From: Amoebophrya sp. A120
Lineage: Eukaryota; Protista; Dinoflagellata
Length of the DNA: 64,000 nt
Reading direction: 5' to 3'
Assembly: GCA_905178155.1 (NCBI GenBank)
Contig: CAJINV010000004.1
Coordinates: 3,001,014-3,065,013, forward strand
Shown here: one piece after another, positions 46,614 to 58,970 of the stretch
Numbering within the stretch: the first letter of the stretch is position 1
Layout: each line of letters opens with the position of its first letter
Made by a program: the position numbers and the translations under genes
Notes under the pieces: model-generated
Database searches by the model: none
Seen by the model: only the letters and a program-made list of their open reading frames with translations
Told to the model about the DNA's origin: nothing

Positions 46614-49600
46614 TTAGGGTTCAGGACGAGGCTCGTCCTGCGGTTCAGGACGAGGCTCGTCGTGCGGTTCAGGACGAGGCTCGTCCTGCTGAGCGGCCGG
46701 AATTTCCGGCTGAGCGGCCGGAGGAAATAGCAACTTTTTCGCCTTGCCCCACAACTCTTGGAACTTCTTCACCGAATTTGTAGCAAAGTGCTGCACGACA
46801 GCAATGAGCTTCTGAAAAACTGAACTGGCCACCTGTTTAACCAGGGCCCAGCTCTTAAAAAGCGCGCGGTCCGTGTACTCTCGCATTTTTGCAGCAACTT
46901 TCCCCGTGGTCTCCTGAGCAAAAACGTCGTCCCCGCCCCAGAGTCAGGATGGGAACTGGTGGGTACCACAAGTCCAGAAGTTTTGGGAGTCATGCGTGCG
47001 GAGAAAGCGCGCTGCCTTTGCAGCGTAGTCGTGCCAAGCTAGTACTAGTAGTTCACCTCCAGAAACATTGGAAATCCGCTTGATTTTTATCCTGATTAAT
47101 AGCGCAAGACAGATTCGTTTTCGTCCCAGGCGCGACCATTTAGAAAACATCTCTCATGTTGGTGGAGACCCGCAAGACAAATATCCTGTTCATGCAAATT
47201 TACATGACCAATGCAAATCTTAATCTGGGGAGGAGGTGGGGGCGTTTTTACAAATGATACTGGGTGAAGACTGCGTACGTGAGAGTCCGTATAGCGATCG
47301 GAATGCTCGCGCCTACCGGCGTTCTGGGGGTGTAGAAACGAAGGAACGTGATCAGCTGGAGCCTGGCGACGGCCGAAGTGAGCATGGATATGGCGTTCTC
47401 AAACGTTACATCCTCAACTGTTCCATGATTTGTCATGCAAAATCACAATTAGAATTGATACGATCAAGCTGCTTCGCATGACAAATTCTGGAAGAGCCAA
47501 ACAGGCCGAGAATCTGTTCCAAATCTGTCATGCGAGACGCGCAAGGACACCCCTTTGACTTTTGCCATTCTTGCATCGCAAATTCATGCAACAGTTGAGA
47601 ATGTAACAGTTGAGAACGCCATAATGGACATCATGGAGTTGTAAAAGGACCGCGCGTATGCGTTGCGAACATGTCTGGGTCTGGAAGTTTGTCAGGCTTC
47701 TTGTCATGCTAGTAGTCTAGTAGCAACGAACATGATACTGACACTGAACTCTGTAAAATTGGTATTGCGTGGCCAGCAGTGTAAGCTCGTCTTGTCTGTC
47801 ATGTAAAAACGCCCTTTCTCGGGCGGAAAACGCAACACAGAGACACAGAAAACTCTATTTTCTTCCTCATGCAGATGCAGCTCGGTGGTGCATCACAGTC
47901 AGTGCGCCGTGCGTAAGTAATTCACCCAGCACAGGCATCACAATTTTCCAGACCCAGACACATTTGCACTTGATAGCGTGATGAAGTGAAAAATATTCTT
48001 AAAAAAGGGCACTTTTTCTACGACAGTTTCCAGCAGCGTAGTTTCTCCCTTCATTACCTGGCCCTGGCCCCCTCTCCTCGCATCTTCGTCGTCTTGTCCG
48101 GAACGAGCATGCCCACCTTCCCGCGCCTTCCCGGGCACCGGCGCACCATCTTCTCCATCTTCTACTAGCTCGGTGTCCGGAACATCAAGTAGCTTGGTCA
48201 CCGCCTGCTTCAGATTTTCGCCCATGCTGTGGAGGAACCTCTTGAGCGGCGTCTTTTCTCCTCCGCTTGCGCTGCTGCTACTGCTCGCGGGGGAAGCGCC
48301 GGCCCCCGCGGCTGCTGCACTGGGTTGAACATATCTCCGGGCGCGGAGGCCGCTGCTACCGCTCGCGGGGGAACCGCCGGCCCCCGCGGCTGCTGCACCG
48401 GGTTGCCCTCCTTCATCTTGATGTTGTTCTTCCCGTGGTGTATGGGGTTTGGGAAAGAACAACTCCGTCTCGATTTTTCCAATGGCTTCCTCCTGTTCCT
48501 TCGCTTTCAGGAGGTCTTCCCACTTATCCTTTTCCTCGTTTTCGTCGAGACGAGACACTTCGCGGGAAACCTCGACCAGGCTTCCTTGTTCCAGCAGGTC
48601 GTGCTGCTCAGCTTCTACTGCTCTGCTGGAACCTGTGCCTTGTCGCTCTTCATCTTCATCATCCGATTCAGCCGAATCATCGCCGCCAGAACCCTGCTCC
48701 ATCAAGGAGCCCGCCCACGCCTGAAAATCATCCGATTGCCCCAACAGTTGCTCTACAACTGTTGTACTAGCGTCAAAATCAGTTTGCGCATCGTCAACAA
48801 CAACATCTGCTCGGCGGGACAAGAATTTCCTGTTTTGCTTCGCAGCTGCGGTCCTCATCCGCACGCGCGCAGGGTTGCCCGTTCCACCATGCTGTTCCTC
48901 TTCTCCCGCACTGGTGTCCCCCCCCGCGATAGTACCTTCCAGACCTGTTTCAGCTGGCCTCCCCGGTTCCGACGACGAGGGCCGCCGGGCCAGAAAACCT
49001 TTGTTCTCTGCTGGCGCAATCTGGGGTGTCGCGATGTCGGGCGTCGCCGGTAGTTGAGTTCCATCCGCGGTGGTTTCGAGGAAGCTACTGCTGCCAACAA
49101 CTCCTGGCACCACGTCCTCCTCTTCTTCTCCTCTTGCTGGTGCTGTTGGAGTTTGCTGCCCAGCCTCAGCGTCGGTGGGTCGGGGTCCTTCATCCGAGCT
49201 CCCTGCATCAACATCATGCGCTTCACCAGGAAAACCAAAAGTCTCCTTGATTCTCATCAAGATCTTTTTCTTCAACGTGCCGCGAATTACGGACTGGATG
49301 TATCCGTTCGCTTCATCAAGAAAGTGTTCGTAAATTTTGTCGCCCAACTGTGTGGCAGGATCCGCACCTTGAGCACTTCCCGGCTCGTCATCGACGCCCG
49401 CAGCTCTTTCATTAATTTCCAAAAGTGATCGCGATCTAGTATGGGACTCTCAAACGCTACATTCTCAGCTGTTATTCCACGATTTTTCATGCAAAATCAT
49501 TGCCACCAGACTCTACAAAGTCACGTTGCCTCGCATGGCAAGGCCTTGCTTGGAAATCCGTTCCAAATTCGTATGTGCAAAACGCGCAATCTTGTTCCCG

Positions 49601-52600
49601 CTTCCACTCTTGCTGTTCTCGCGTGACAAATCGACTGCTACATGAATTTGCGATGCAAGAATGGCAAAAGTACTTGAAAGGGAGGGCCTTGCGCGTCTTG
49701 CATGACAGACTCTGCGGAGATTTTTATGGCCCTGATTGGTTCCTCTTCCTCGAAAATTTGACACGTGAAGCTGCAGCTTCGTGTCGATTCGGATGGTAAA
49801 AAGTAATTTTGCATGACAAAAATCACGTAAGTGACACCAGTTGAGACTGTAACGTCGTTTGACCACTCCATATTCCGGTGTGGCGGGTAATTCGAATTTC
49901 CACAGCTGCGACACGAGCTGGTGCATCAACAGGCGGAGGATGAACTCGAAAGGGATCAAAATCGGGGCGATTTTGGAGAGCACTCCGAAAATGTAGGGAA
50001 ACACATAATCCACCACGGCGCTAAGCACCACCTCCGTGACCGTACGCACGGAGGCGCCCAAGTTCCGGGCCCCGAGGTTTTTCACATACTCCACGAATGA
50101 AGATGAGCTCGAACGGATGAAACGGCGGACGCGTTCTGTGGCGACACCAAACTTTTGCACCGCGAGCTCGGCACCTCGGTGGGCGTTATCGCGCCACGGC
50201 GTCACGAATTGCGCCACGCGGCCAAGGCCAGTGCGAAGCCATGACAAGCGGTGGCCGCCCGAGCGGGCGGGTGGTGCGGCTTCTTCGTCGCCATCATCAT
50301 CTGCAGTAGGAGGGGCTAAACGCAGGACCTCATTGGACTCGATGTCTTGCGCAATCCTGAATAAAATCGTCCCCGGCCCAGACTTGATGTCATGCGTAGT
50401 TGCATCTACAGGAGCATTTGTAGTGGAGTGTGCCTCTTCATGAGTGGCAGGCGCAGTCGTGTTCTCAACTACATCACGGCCCTCGTATTAAGACTAAAAA
50501 CAGATTAACATAGCCAGCAGATGGCTTTGTGAGCTCCGGCCGTCCCTTCTGAGAACCTGCACTACTAGTACGCGACGAATGGAACAAAATTGGCATGCGT
50601 GACTCCCTACTCATGCTCTTCTGCGTTTTTTGATGTGTTGTAAGTATGCAAAATGATTTCGATCTTGACTTTTGGATTTCTGGGGGCGCTCTTTTCACAC
50701 AGGATACGTGCCCTTTTATCTGCCTTTTCGTAAAAATCCTCTACGTTCTCCCCCGCTGAGATCTCCCCTCTGAGTTCCGCGTCCTCGTCCGGGTCCAAGT
50801 TTGGTACCCCGGAGCCGGCTGCTTGGTGCTTTTGCAGAAATGCCACCCCGCCGTCCTCCGCAACAGCACTGGCACTGCCTGTTCCACCACCGGATGTGGC
50901 CGCGTCCCCGCCCGGGCCTCCTCCGTTGTTTCGCGTGAACGTTGCTGTTCTTGCAACTGTTGCGACCGCAGTCCTTACTACCTGCACGGCGGTACCTGCG
51001 CTGGATCTTGCGCGACCGAACAGTGCCGTGATCTTGCTCCAAACACTTGTCTTCAACGAATTCAGCGCTTCGAGTGCCCGCTCAGGCAGCATTGTGCGGA
51101 GCGAAGTCCGAAGCTTTTCTGCTCCAGCCTTCATAAACTCGACAAATTTCTTAACCAAACTGGGCAAGTGGTCTTTGAGTACGTGTTCCAGTAGTTCGGT
51201 AATCTTGCCTTCGAACTGGATACCCAGGACCAAAACCACTGCCTGCACCAACTGGTTTGCGAGCTTTCCAGTGAGCCAAGCGGGCAGTTTGAAGAGATGT
51301 AGCACCCCGAGCACGAGGTCGGAAACAATCGCCGCCAGTTTGAACAGCATTGCATTGTACAGCACGCTGGAAAACAGGCGAGCAATATTTGCAGACAGCC
51401 ACTCGACCATGCCCGCACCTGCACTCCACATCTTGTTCATCACGGTCTCCAACGATATGGAGCCGAAAAGGTCCCGGACCCTCCTTGTCACGCGTTTGAA
51501 AAAGCCCTCTCTACTCTGGTTCTCCGGGTTGCTTGTCTCGGTCTTGACGCTCTCCGCCATTTGTTCGTTGGCTGTTAATGCCAGGGTCTGCACCTCGCCG
51601 CCCACGGCTTCCCAACCCTCCTTCACTTGCGTTTCCGCTGCGTCCACTTTCGTGTCTGCCTTCACATCATCCAGTGTCTTTTTCAGGCCCTTGTCGTTCA
51701 TTTCATCGTCCACCTTCTCGGTGATTTTATCCTCGTTTTCCTTGTCGTCCGGTACGGATGGATCACGTACTTCTTGTTCTTGAGGGTCTCCTCCTCCTTC
51801 TCCATGCGCAAGCACACCTGAGGAAGATGGCACTCGTTGCTCAACATCCGCCGCCGGCTCGTCCACGTGGTCCTTCTGCGGGGCTGCTTTTTTTTCTCCG
51901 AAGAGCTTGTTCAGAAGGGCCCCCGCAAGCTTTTTGGCTTTCTTCAGCACTCCGTGGCCGAGCTCTGCGAGCTTGCGGGCCAAGTGCCCTAAAGCCGCCT
52001 TGACTCGCCCGCCCACGGCCGTCACACCCCACCAGGCAAACTTCCCGAGGTTTTCGAGCAGGGCGACAACCTTCGGAAAATATGCATTTTTGCAAACCTA
52101 ATGTCTACTCCGTTTGGAAGAATTATGCATCAAACTACTCTTTGTACTGGTCGTGCGCGCCCAACGCCACCTGGCTGGACCACAGCAAACTCTGTGTTCC
52201 TTCATGGGATGTCCTGCTCGGATAACGATACTAGCGATTATTTCTCATGGGGAACGGGTATGGGCATCACAAGGTGGCCTGGGCAGAACCTGTAGCGCCG
52301 CTTTTACGTGCAACATAATTATAATTGATTCGAAACGCAGACCAAACCATAACCATCTGTAGAAGTGTGATCCTGATTTACAACTAAGAGACGCATGACA
52401 GAGACGCGCAATCTTCCAGACCTGGAGAACATGGCAATCATTGTAACTAGTGGATAGAAAAGCGGCGGTAACAAGCTTCCAGAGCTGCTCGAGCGCTAGA
52501 CGCACGACGTATGGCACAATGGACACCACAAGGCGTCGGCCCACGACGTCTACAAGTAACTTGCGCAAGAACTGCAAAGGCCCCTTGTTCATGAATCGTT

Positions 52601-54357
52601 CGACCATTTTTTTCACGGTGCCGTGAAGGTAGTCGCCGATGGGCACCGCGACCCCGGGCACGAATCGAAACAGGGTCGCCTGCGCTGCCACACCAAGGGT
52701 CAAACTGGTGGTCTGCGCCAAGCGGTCGGTCAGCACCCCGAACATACGCGTAAAACGCGCCTCCCCAAGAGTCATCTTGGTAATCCATATCCACAGAAAA
52801 AAGCTCATCCATATTATCCATTTTTTGCATGACAAACAGAGGATCTTACACGTGTATTGCATGACAAATTGGATGATGATGTGGATGGGTGTTTTTTCCT
52901 GGATAATCCACTTCACGGCGTTAGAGCCCGCATCCATCAGTTTGTCCTTCAGCCACATCGCTTTGTCGAGCAGGATATCAAATGCAAAAATGTCTGGGAT
53001 TGGAAGGATGCAACTTGTCACGCTAAATCTGAATCATGCAAAGTTCTCTGTTGCATGATTAGTCGTCCAGTTTTGACCAAGTCGGGAGGGAGTTTCTCAT
53101 GCAGGACAGGGACGATAGAGATCGCACAGAATCTGTCACGCTAGGTCCTGCATTCCAGACCTCGTGGGTCATGGAAAAGCTGCATGACAAATCGCGCACT
53201 GTTCCAGACCCAGACATTTTTGCATTTGATACAGGAACCGGAACGGCTTTTTCAAATCGGGAACCCGCAGTTTTCCCTTCGCTTTGTGCCAGAGCTGCCC
53301 CACAGTGTCGAAGATTCGCCGGGGAAACCAAGCTTGAATCCGCTTCTCTTTTTCCCCACCAGGAGCTGGGCACTTGTTATCCATTTTCGGGAAGACCTCA
53401 GTCGTATCCGGTGCCAACAAAAAGTGTGTCACCGCAGTATGGAATTCTTCAGCTTTTTTACATTGATAGCTGCTACTATGATGTAACAAATGATTAATTT
53501 AGATTTATTTGATTTGTGCAGTAGATGCATAAAAAGCGGAACCGTCAGGGCCAGGGGGGGGCTTGCGTGTCGCGCATTGGAGATTTCGAATGCAACGTAC
53601 TTCTCCAGTCGTCGTGGTCATGAGCAGAGAGGTTACTTATAATGCGCATTAGCTTGAACATGCAATGCATGGGTGCGAGTGATTCTGTGTGGCAACAAAT
53701 GATCATGCAACAGCGATCAGTGTAACGTTTGAGAGTCGTAGTCCCATACCCACGCTCGACTTTGTCATCTTTCTCGTTTTCGACACTTACGTCATTCATC
53801 TCCTCGTCGTCATCTGTTAGTGTGGGTGGTTCCTCATTTTTAACCCGAAGACGATAGTTTTCGGCCTCCTCAGCCGCCTGCTTTCTGTCAGCTTCTTGCT
53901 GGGCCAGCCTGTCAGCTTTTTTCTGGGCGGCCCTCTGAGCTGCTTCCTCGGCCAACCTCTGCTCCCTCTCCCGTACTCCCCTGTCCAGCGCAGCGGCGAC
54001 ATCTGGGTCTAGTCCGAATTCCTGGGCAAACTCCAAACCATAGTATGCCCGTCGCTGTAGCGCAGTGCTCTGCACGACTTGGTCCGTTTCCAGTATCCGC
54101 GGCGAGAGAGAGCGTGTGTCGTCGGTGTTCTGAATACTACTAGTTATCCCATCTGCCTCAGATGAGTCGTTTTCAGTCTCCTGACCCTCCTTCCTTCGCA
54201 GTTCCATCAGCTCTGCAGCAACGAAGAAGCCGGGAAACGTTGGTGCGGTAATCGTGGTAAAAATACCGGTATCAACACTGCCTCCCAGCTCGAGCGCTCT
54301 GGCCAAGAAGAGATGAAATACGCCAAGTGTGAAAATACTACCCAGCAGCGACAACAT
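46614..54357 (-). CDS. Very large orphan protein, probably secreted or membrane-associated, with amphipathic helical and acidic blocks; 7 TIR introns (link to the 5'-most exon uncertain)
   Basis: ORFs 52245..53021, 50607..52025, 49513..50247, 47938..49422, 47248..47436 and 46614..46886 join in frame after element removal (plus one inferred GT-AG intron ~50469-50707); signal-like MLSLLGSIFTLGVFHLFLARA at 54357. Confidence 0.6.
46618..46690. repeat. Coding 21-bp tandem repeat (DEPRPEP x3)
   Basis: GGTTCAGGACGAGGCTCGTC(C/G)TGC, three copies. Confidence 0.9.
46910..47259. mobile_element. Degenerate intronic TIR element, family D
   Basis: TCTCCTGAGCAAAAACGTC...GGCGTTTTTACAAATGATA; element+5 gives FTQ|GKVAAKMREY. 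Confidence 0.78.
47389..47623. mobile_element. Intronic TIR element, family J
   Basis: TATGGCGTTCTCAAACGTTACA...TGTAACAGTTGAGAACGCCATA; DR ATGGA; same length as 17246-17480. Confidence 0.93.
47657..47975. mobile_element. Intronic TIR element, family A
   Basis: TATGCGTTGCGAACATGTCTGGGTCTGGAA...TTCCAGACCCAGACACATTTGCACTTGATA; DR GCGCG/GCGTG. Confidence 0.9.
48281..48406. repeat. Coding duplication (QP(S/G)AAAAGAG(A/G)SPAS x2)
   Basis: Two ~47-bp copies 78 bp apart. Confidence 0.8.
49440..49872. mobile_element. Palindromic dimer of family-J elements acting as one intron
   Basis: Forward J copy to ~49632, then an inverted J copy from ~49642; TAT...ATA ends; element+5 gives TPE|SRSLLEINE. Confidence 0.78.
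52081..52456. mobile_element. Degenerate intronic TIR element, family A-like
   Basis: TATGCATTTTTGCAAA...TTCCAGACCTGG...GGATA; DR GAAAA; frame restored AAF|PKVVALL. Confidence 0.8.
52788..52905. mobile_element. Intronic TIR element, family H (reverse orientation relative to 15356)
   Basis: TATCCACAGAAAAAAGC...TGGGTGTTTTTTCCTGGATA; DR ATCCA. Confidence 0.9.
52976..53231. mobile_element. Intronic TIR element, family A (interior is an inverted copy of 17651-17910)
   Basis: TATCAAATGCAAAAATGTCTGGG...CCCAGACATTTTTGCATTTGATA; DR CAGGA. Confidence 0.93.
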
Positions 54358-55959
54358 GTTGATCGCGAACAAATAGAAAAGGACCAAGACCAGCCCCCTT
54401 CTCCCGCATGATGCGAGCCTTCGACTGCTGGAGTGCTCGCCCTGGTGATGGTGTGCGCGTAAAAACCTCCTGTCCTCAATAACAGCTGCATTGATTTTCC
54501 CGCTGTCGATAGGCGATCTGAGAAAGCCGCCACGGCGCTGAAGACTAAACGGAGGTCGCATCCTCGATGAAGTTGAAGCTCTGCAGCTGCAGCCTTTTGA
54601 CTTTGATATCGTGGCTCTCGATTAAAAGTAGCACCCTTTTGAACTTGTCCCCGAGTGCAACAACTAGGTCGCGTCCCTTGAAGAAGATCGTTCCATCGCT
54701 GTGCTGATCTTCATGATCAATCGAGCCGGGCAGAATCAGAAAGTAAGAACTAAAATCATTCAAAGTGTCGATCTCCTAGGCGGGGGGTGCCTCATCAAAT
54801 ACAAATAGTAAAACTTTTATACTTCAAAATAACATCGGGGTGGGAGAGGTCCTCCTCCTCGTCCTCGTCGCATCACAATTGTAGTTGGACGCACGGCAAC
54901 AAAATGCCAAGAACAAGTTGAAGCTCTGTTCAAATATGACTTGTTAAACATAAATTCGCAAAAAGAAGTTGGATATGCTATTTCGCCTTTTCCTCCATGC
55001 GCGATATCATTATCAATAAACATGTAGTTATGTGTTACTGGCAGCTTCTCTGGCGGTTAAGACGACAGCACCGCGACCAACTTATATCGATGAAGAAACG
55101 ATGAGACAGACCAAAACGCACGGCGGCCGACCGATCAAGACTGACGTCAACATCCATGCCAGAGTCTATTCATATTCTTTGGATGCACCGATCTCGATCC
55201 TAGTCTTATCGCGATTTCTGACAGCCCCTCGACGGAAGGATTGACCGACTCAGACGAATAAAAAAAGTGGACAATTTCTTGCACTAGTAGAAGTCAAGTG
55301 GCAATATTAGAAGTCGACGAGTTTTGCACTAGTGAAAGTGGACGAGTTGCACTCACAGAAAAACCGAAGAAACCACTTGGAAGTTGTAGTTGTAGATACC
55401 GATTAATGTTGTATCTTGAAAAGTAAAACTCCAAAGGGAAGTTGTAGATGCCGATTTGGATTGCAAGTAGGGCTCCTGCACGACAGGGTCGACGATTCAC
55501 AAACCGGATGAGGTCTGATTCTGAACAACATTCACCGAAAAATACAATTCTCGTAGTCGTCGTTGAGGACTACGACCACTAAAGTACTTACAACTACAAG
55601 TTTGTGATGCCAAAGGACCGACTCATTCGTACCTGTAGCGCGGCACCGGCTGATGTGCTCCTCGCTAATCTTATTTCGGGCAGTGCGAGAAAGAGAATAA
55701 AATCCTGAAGGAACCGACGACCGGCGATGAAGCAGAAGCTCCTTGTTCGATTCGAAAATTATAGATACGCACGAACTCGTGCGCATGAAGTGGTCGAAAA
55801 CGCGCGTACGGAAATCAATCATCCCAGGTTGTTCAGGATCGATCTGGTTCTGTTTTGTGTAGAAGTTCTGGCAACAACATAACATTGGCCAGCGATAATT
55901 ACATTTTTACGTAGCAGCACGACACTTTCTCTTTAAACGCAAGATGAACAAGAACATCT

Positions 55960-58787
55960 TCACGTGAGGTCGATTACCTCAACATCATTTGCTGACATTC
56001 GACGCCGCTTCGCCTGAGAGGATGAAGCGACTTGCTGCTGGAAGTCTACTCTTGAAGAAGGTACTACACGAGGTGGAACTGCTGGCGCACCAGAACCACT
56101 GCTCAACATAATTCCGCCTGCACAACTTCTACCCACACTAGTGCCCTCCTCTCGTTGCGCCCGCATGCGCTCCAGAATGGACTTGTTACGGTCTGCGAGG
56201 GAAGAGGACGAGGCCCCCGCCGCGTAGGCGTAGTTCGCGTTCTTGTCATTATCCCTCACTACAGATGAATCCACCTCGGGCCCCGTTCTTCTTGTTGCGT
56301 GGTTTCGTTGATCTTGATCCATATTCGGATAATTTGAAGCGGTGTAACTTGATGTCTGCCCTGTCGTTCCACCACCACCAGCACCTAAGGGTAGTTGTAG
56401 TTGTGACGAGGAACCACCTCCTGATTTAATTTTTCCGGTCGAAGCTGCAACAGCATCTGCCTCTGCTCGTGCTCCACCCTGATGAGTATTATTTTTGGTT
56501 GTTGTGCCACCTTCTGCTTGTGCACCGAACGTGGTGTTAAACGGCGTCGCTGCGCCAAAAAATCCGCCTGTAGTAGCGCCAAAGGCCGCAAACGACCCGT
56601 CGCTAGGGTATGATGTAGCTGCTGGTCGTGTAGATCCCGATCCGCCGAAACTAGTATTAAAAGTATTTGTATTTATTTTGCTGTTCATCTTCGCCGATTG
56701 TTGAGGTGGCTGTACAACTGCAGCTGCACCAACTACGGGTCGTGTCAAAGCTGAACTGCTGCTGTTGAAAGTTTTTGTGTTCGCGCTCGGTTGATGAGTT
56801 TGATTTCCATTTGTATTTCCGCTGGCGGAGGAGGTTCCAAAAGCTGCGGGTTGGGGTTGTCCAGCACCGAAATAATTATAACCAAACTGCAAAGAAGAAG
56901 TAGACGGCGCTGGCGGCATTGTTGCGCTTTGCAGTAGTTGTTGTCCATTTGACACTGCATTCGAAAAAGCTTCTTGCAGCGGGCCACCTAAAAAAGTACT
57001 TCTGCTGCTCATCTTGCCAATTTTTTCAGATTCTTGGTAGAGGTTCCTTGCGTTTATTCTGTTCGACGCCCCAGCCGAAGGTCCACCAGCAGCAAATGTC
57101 CTCGTCGTGCTGGTGTCAAAAGTCGTCGCGTGGTCACCAGAGGTCGTCGGCAGAAGCGCGTGCGCTTGCGCACCTGCGGCCGGTGGATTACTTGGGTTGA
57201 TATCCTTGTTGCTTTTTGCAGCGTTCTTGGCGGATGTGCCAAACGTCGCTGTAGCTTGGAACTGGGACCGCGACGACGAACTTGCGGCCGCAGCAGTGCC
57301 AGATCCAGATGCTGGCATTTGACCCGTAGTTCCCGTAGTGAATACTCTTTCCATTCCACCGGCGAAAGTCGACACTGCGGCTGCTGCTCGTGCTACTGCC
57401 CCAGTGGCAATTATGGAAGCGTCAGGATTGAAATCGTCAAAGTTGAAATAATTTGTGATGCATAAAAAAAACCCACAAAGCGCCTGTCTTGCAGAGTAGG
57501 CAAGGGAGGCCGATTGCAAGCCTGTTGAGGGGTAGAAATAGAGCTGCTAAAGTAGCATGACAAAAGGTGTTTTCCTTACCCAAACAGCATTACAAACTGG
57601 ATTTAGGCACCACCAAAACTTGTCAAGCGCCACTTGCAAACTGGGCTCCAACTGGCATCCATTTTATGCATGACAAAGTATTTCAACTCTGACGATTTCA
57701 AACCTGACACATCCATAGCAATTGTTCCACTAGTTGTACCGGGGGCAGGACCCGCGTTTTCTTGAATAAATGTCGGCCCAAATGTGCCGCCTTGTCGTGT
57801 CCCACTTTTTTCGGTCACGACAACGTCATGACCGGCAGGTCCCGTGGCAAAAGCGAGGCCAAGTCCGCGCCGTAGCCCGCCGACATTGATATTACTACGG
57901 GATGGAGCTGTTGTATATCGTGTGTAAAAACGGGTCCACCCGCCCACAGTTGCCAGACTACAGCAAATAATTATCCGCATGCCTAAAATGATGCTTCTCA
58001 TGCGCAGGAGCACAATAGGGGGCAACTTCTAGTGGTAGTGCTATTTTGTCTGAAAACAAGAAGACCTTCAGAATTTGTCATGCCCGAATCAGGACCAGAC
58101 GCTTGACCTGGAAAATCTTTCCGTCGCTAGACGCGATGACAATGACATTTCGAGCAGGAGCTCGTCATAAGGAAAAACAGCCAAAACTTGATGTTGACTT
58201 GTCGTAGCAGGGTCTGGGGGGGCCAACCGCAACGCAGCAAGAGGTTTTACACATGATACTGTAGGTGGGGGCATTATTAAAGAACCTCCGCCACTGAACG
58301 CCGCTGGCGCGGCTGTCGCCGCCGTGTCAGCACCCACTGTCACTGGTATCGTCATCATGTTCCCCCGGTTATCCAAACTACCGCCCGCACCGGTCGCCTG
58401 ACCTTCCGCGGGCATTGTTGTGAACGTCTGCCCGCCACCAGCTGCACGTGATGATGAACCGCCGGGAGGAACTACGGGCTGCGCGGGCACGTGCGCCGTG
58501 GTCATGATCTGGGTTGGAGGACCACCACCACTTGCAGCTTTCTTTGGCATCGAAGATCCTCCAGAAGGAGCCCTGGTGACTCCCGAGCCCGCCGCGTCTC
58601 CCGGACAACTTCCGGTCTGTAGCGCGGTGTCATACTGTGGCAAGGTTGCCCGGAAGACCCAGTTGTCAACGTGCTGCGGCTGGCGAACGACCGCCACGTC
58701 GAATCCGTACGCCACGGTCTTCATCACATCGCCGCGAACGGTCTCGAACCACGCTGCCTGCTCCAAAAAATTCGTCTTCATGATCAC
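55960..58787 (-). CDS. Hypothetical low-complexity (Gly/Ala/Thr/Ser-rich) protein; two TIR introns; start uncertain
   Basis: ORFs 58089..58787, 57603..58025 and 55960..57519 join in frame (PT|AAPSR; GTI|ATGAV). Confidence 0.7.
57412..57717. mobile_element. Intronic TIR element, family I
   Basis: TATGGAAGCGTCAGGATTGAAATCGTCAAAGTTGAAATA...CTGACACATCCATA; DR GCAAT. Confidence 0.93.
57916..58258. mobile_element. Degenerate intronic TIR element, family D-like
   Basis: TATCGTGTGTAAAAAC...GTTTTACACATGATA; DR TTGTA/CTGTA. Confidence 0.78.
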
Positions 58788-58970
58788 TCTGTTCTTCCCA
58801 GGCGCGGCGGGCTCCTTGATGTCCTTCCTCTCGTCCCAGGCGGGCTCCTCTCGCCACCACGCCTGACGACCTCCGAAGTGCTGACGTCAAGCGCAGGTCC
58901 TCTTCTTGTCCTTCTTGTACAACTAATAAAGTGCTTGATTTCGACGCACCCTCCTGCTGTCCGTTTCGCC

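Noticed and set aside
50896-51783. Plus-strand ORFs overlapping minus-strand genes (also 48229-49053, 58671-59387 and others)
   Set aside because: Antisense shadows of GC-rich coding sequence with no recognisable motifs.
54545-55885. Possible additional small minus-strand genes (also 26174-26437, 35903-36291, 44930-45635)
   Set aside because: Short ORFs with no recognisable homology or verifiable exon chain; not reported as features.
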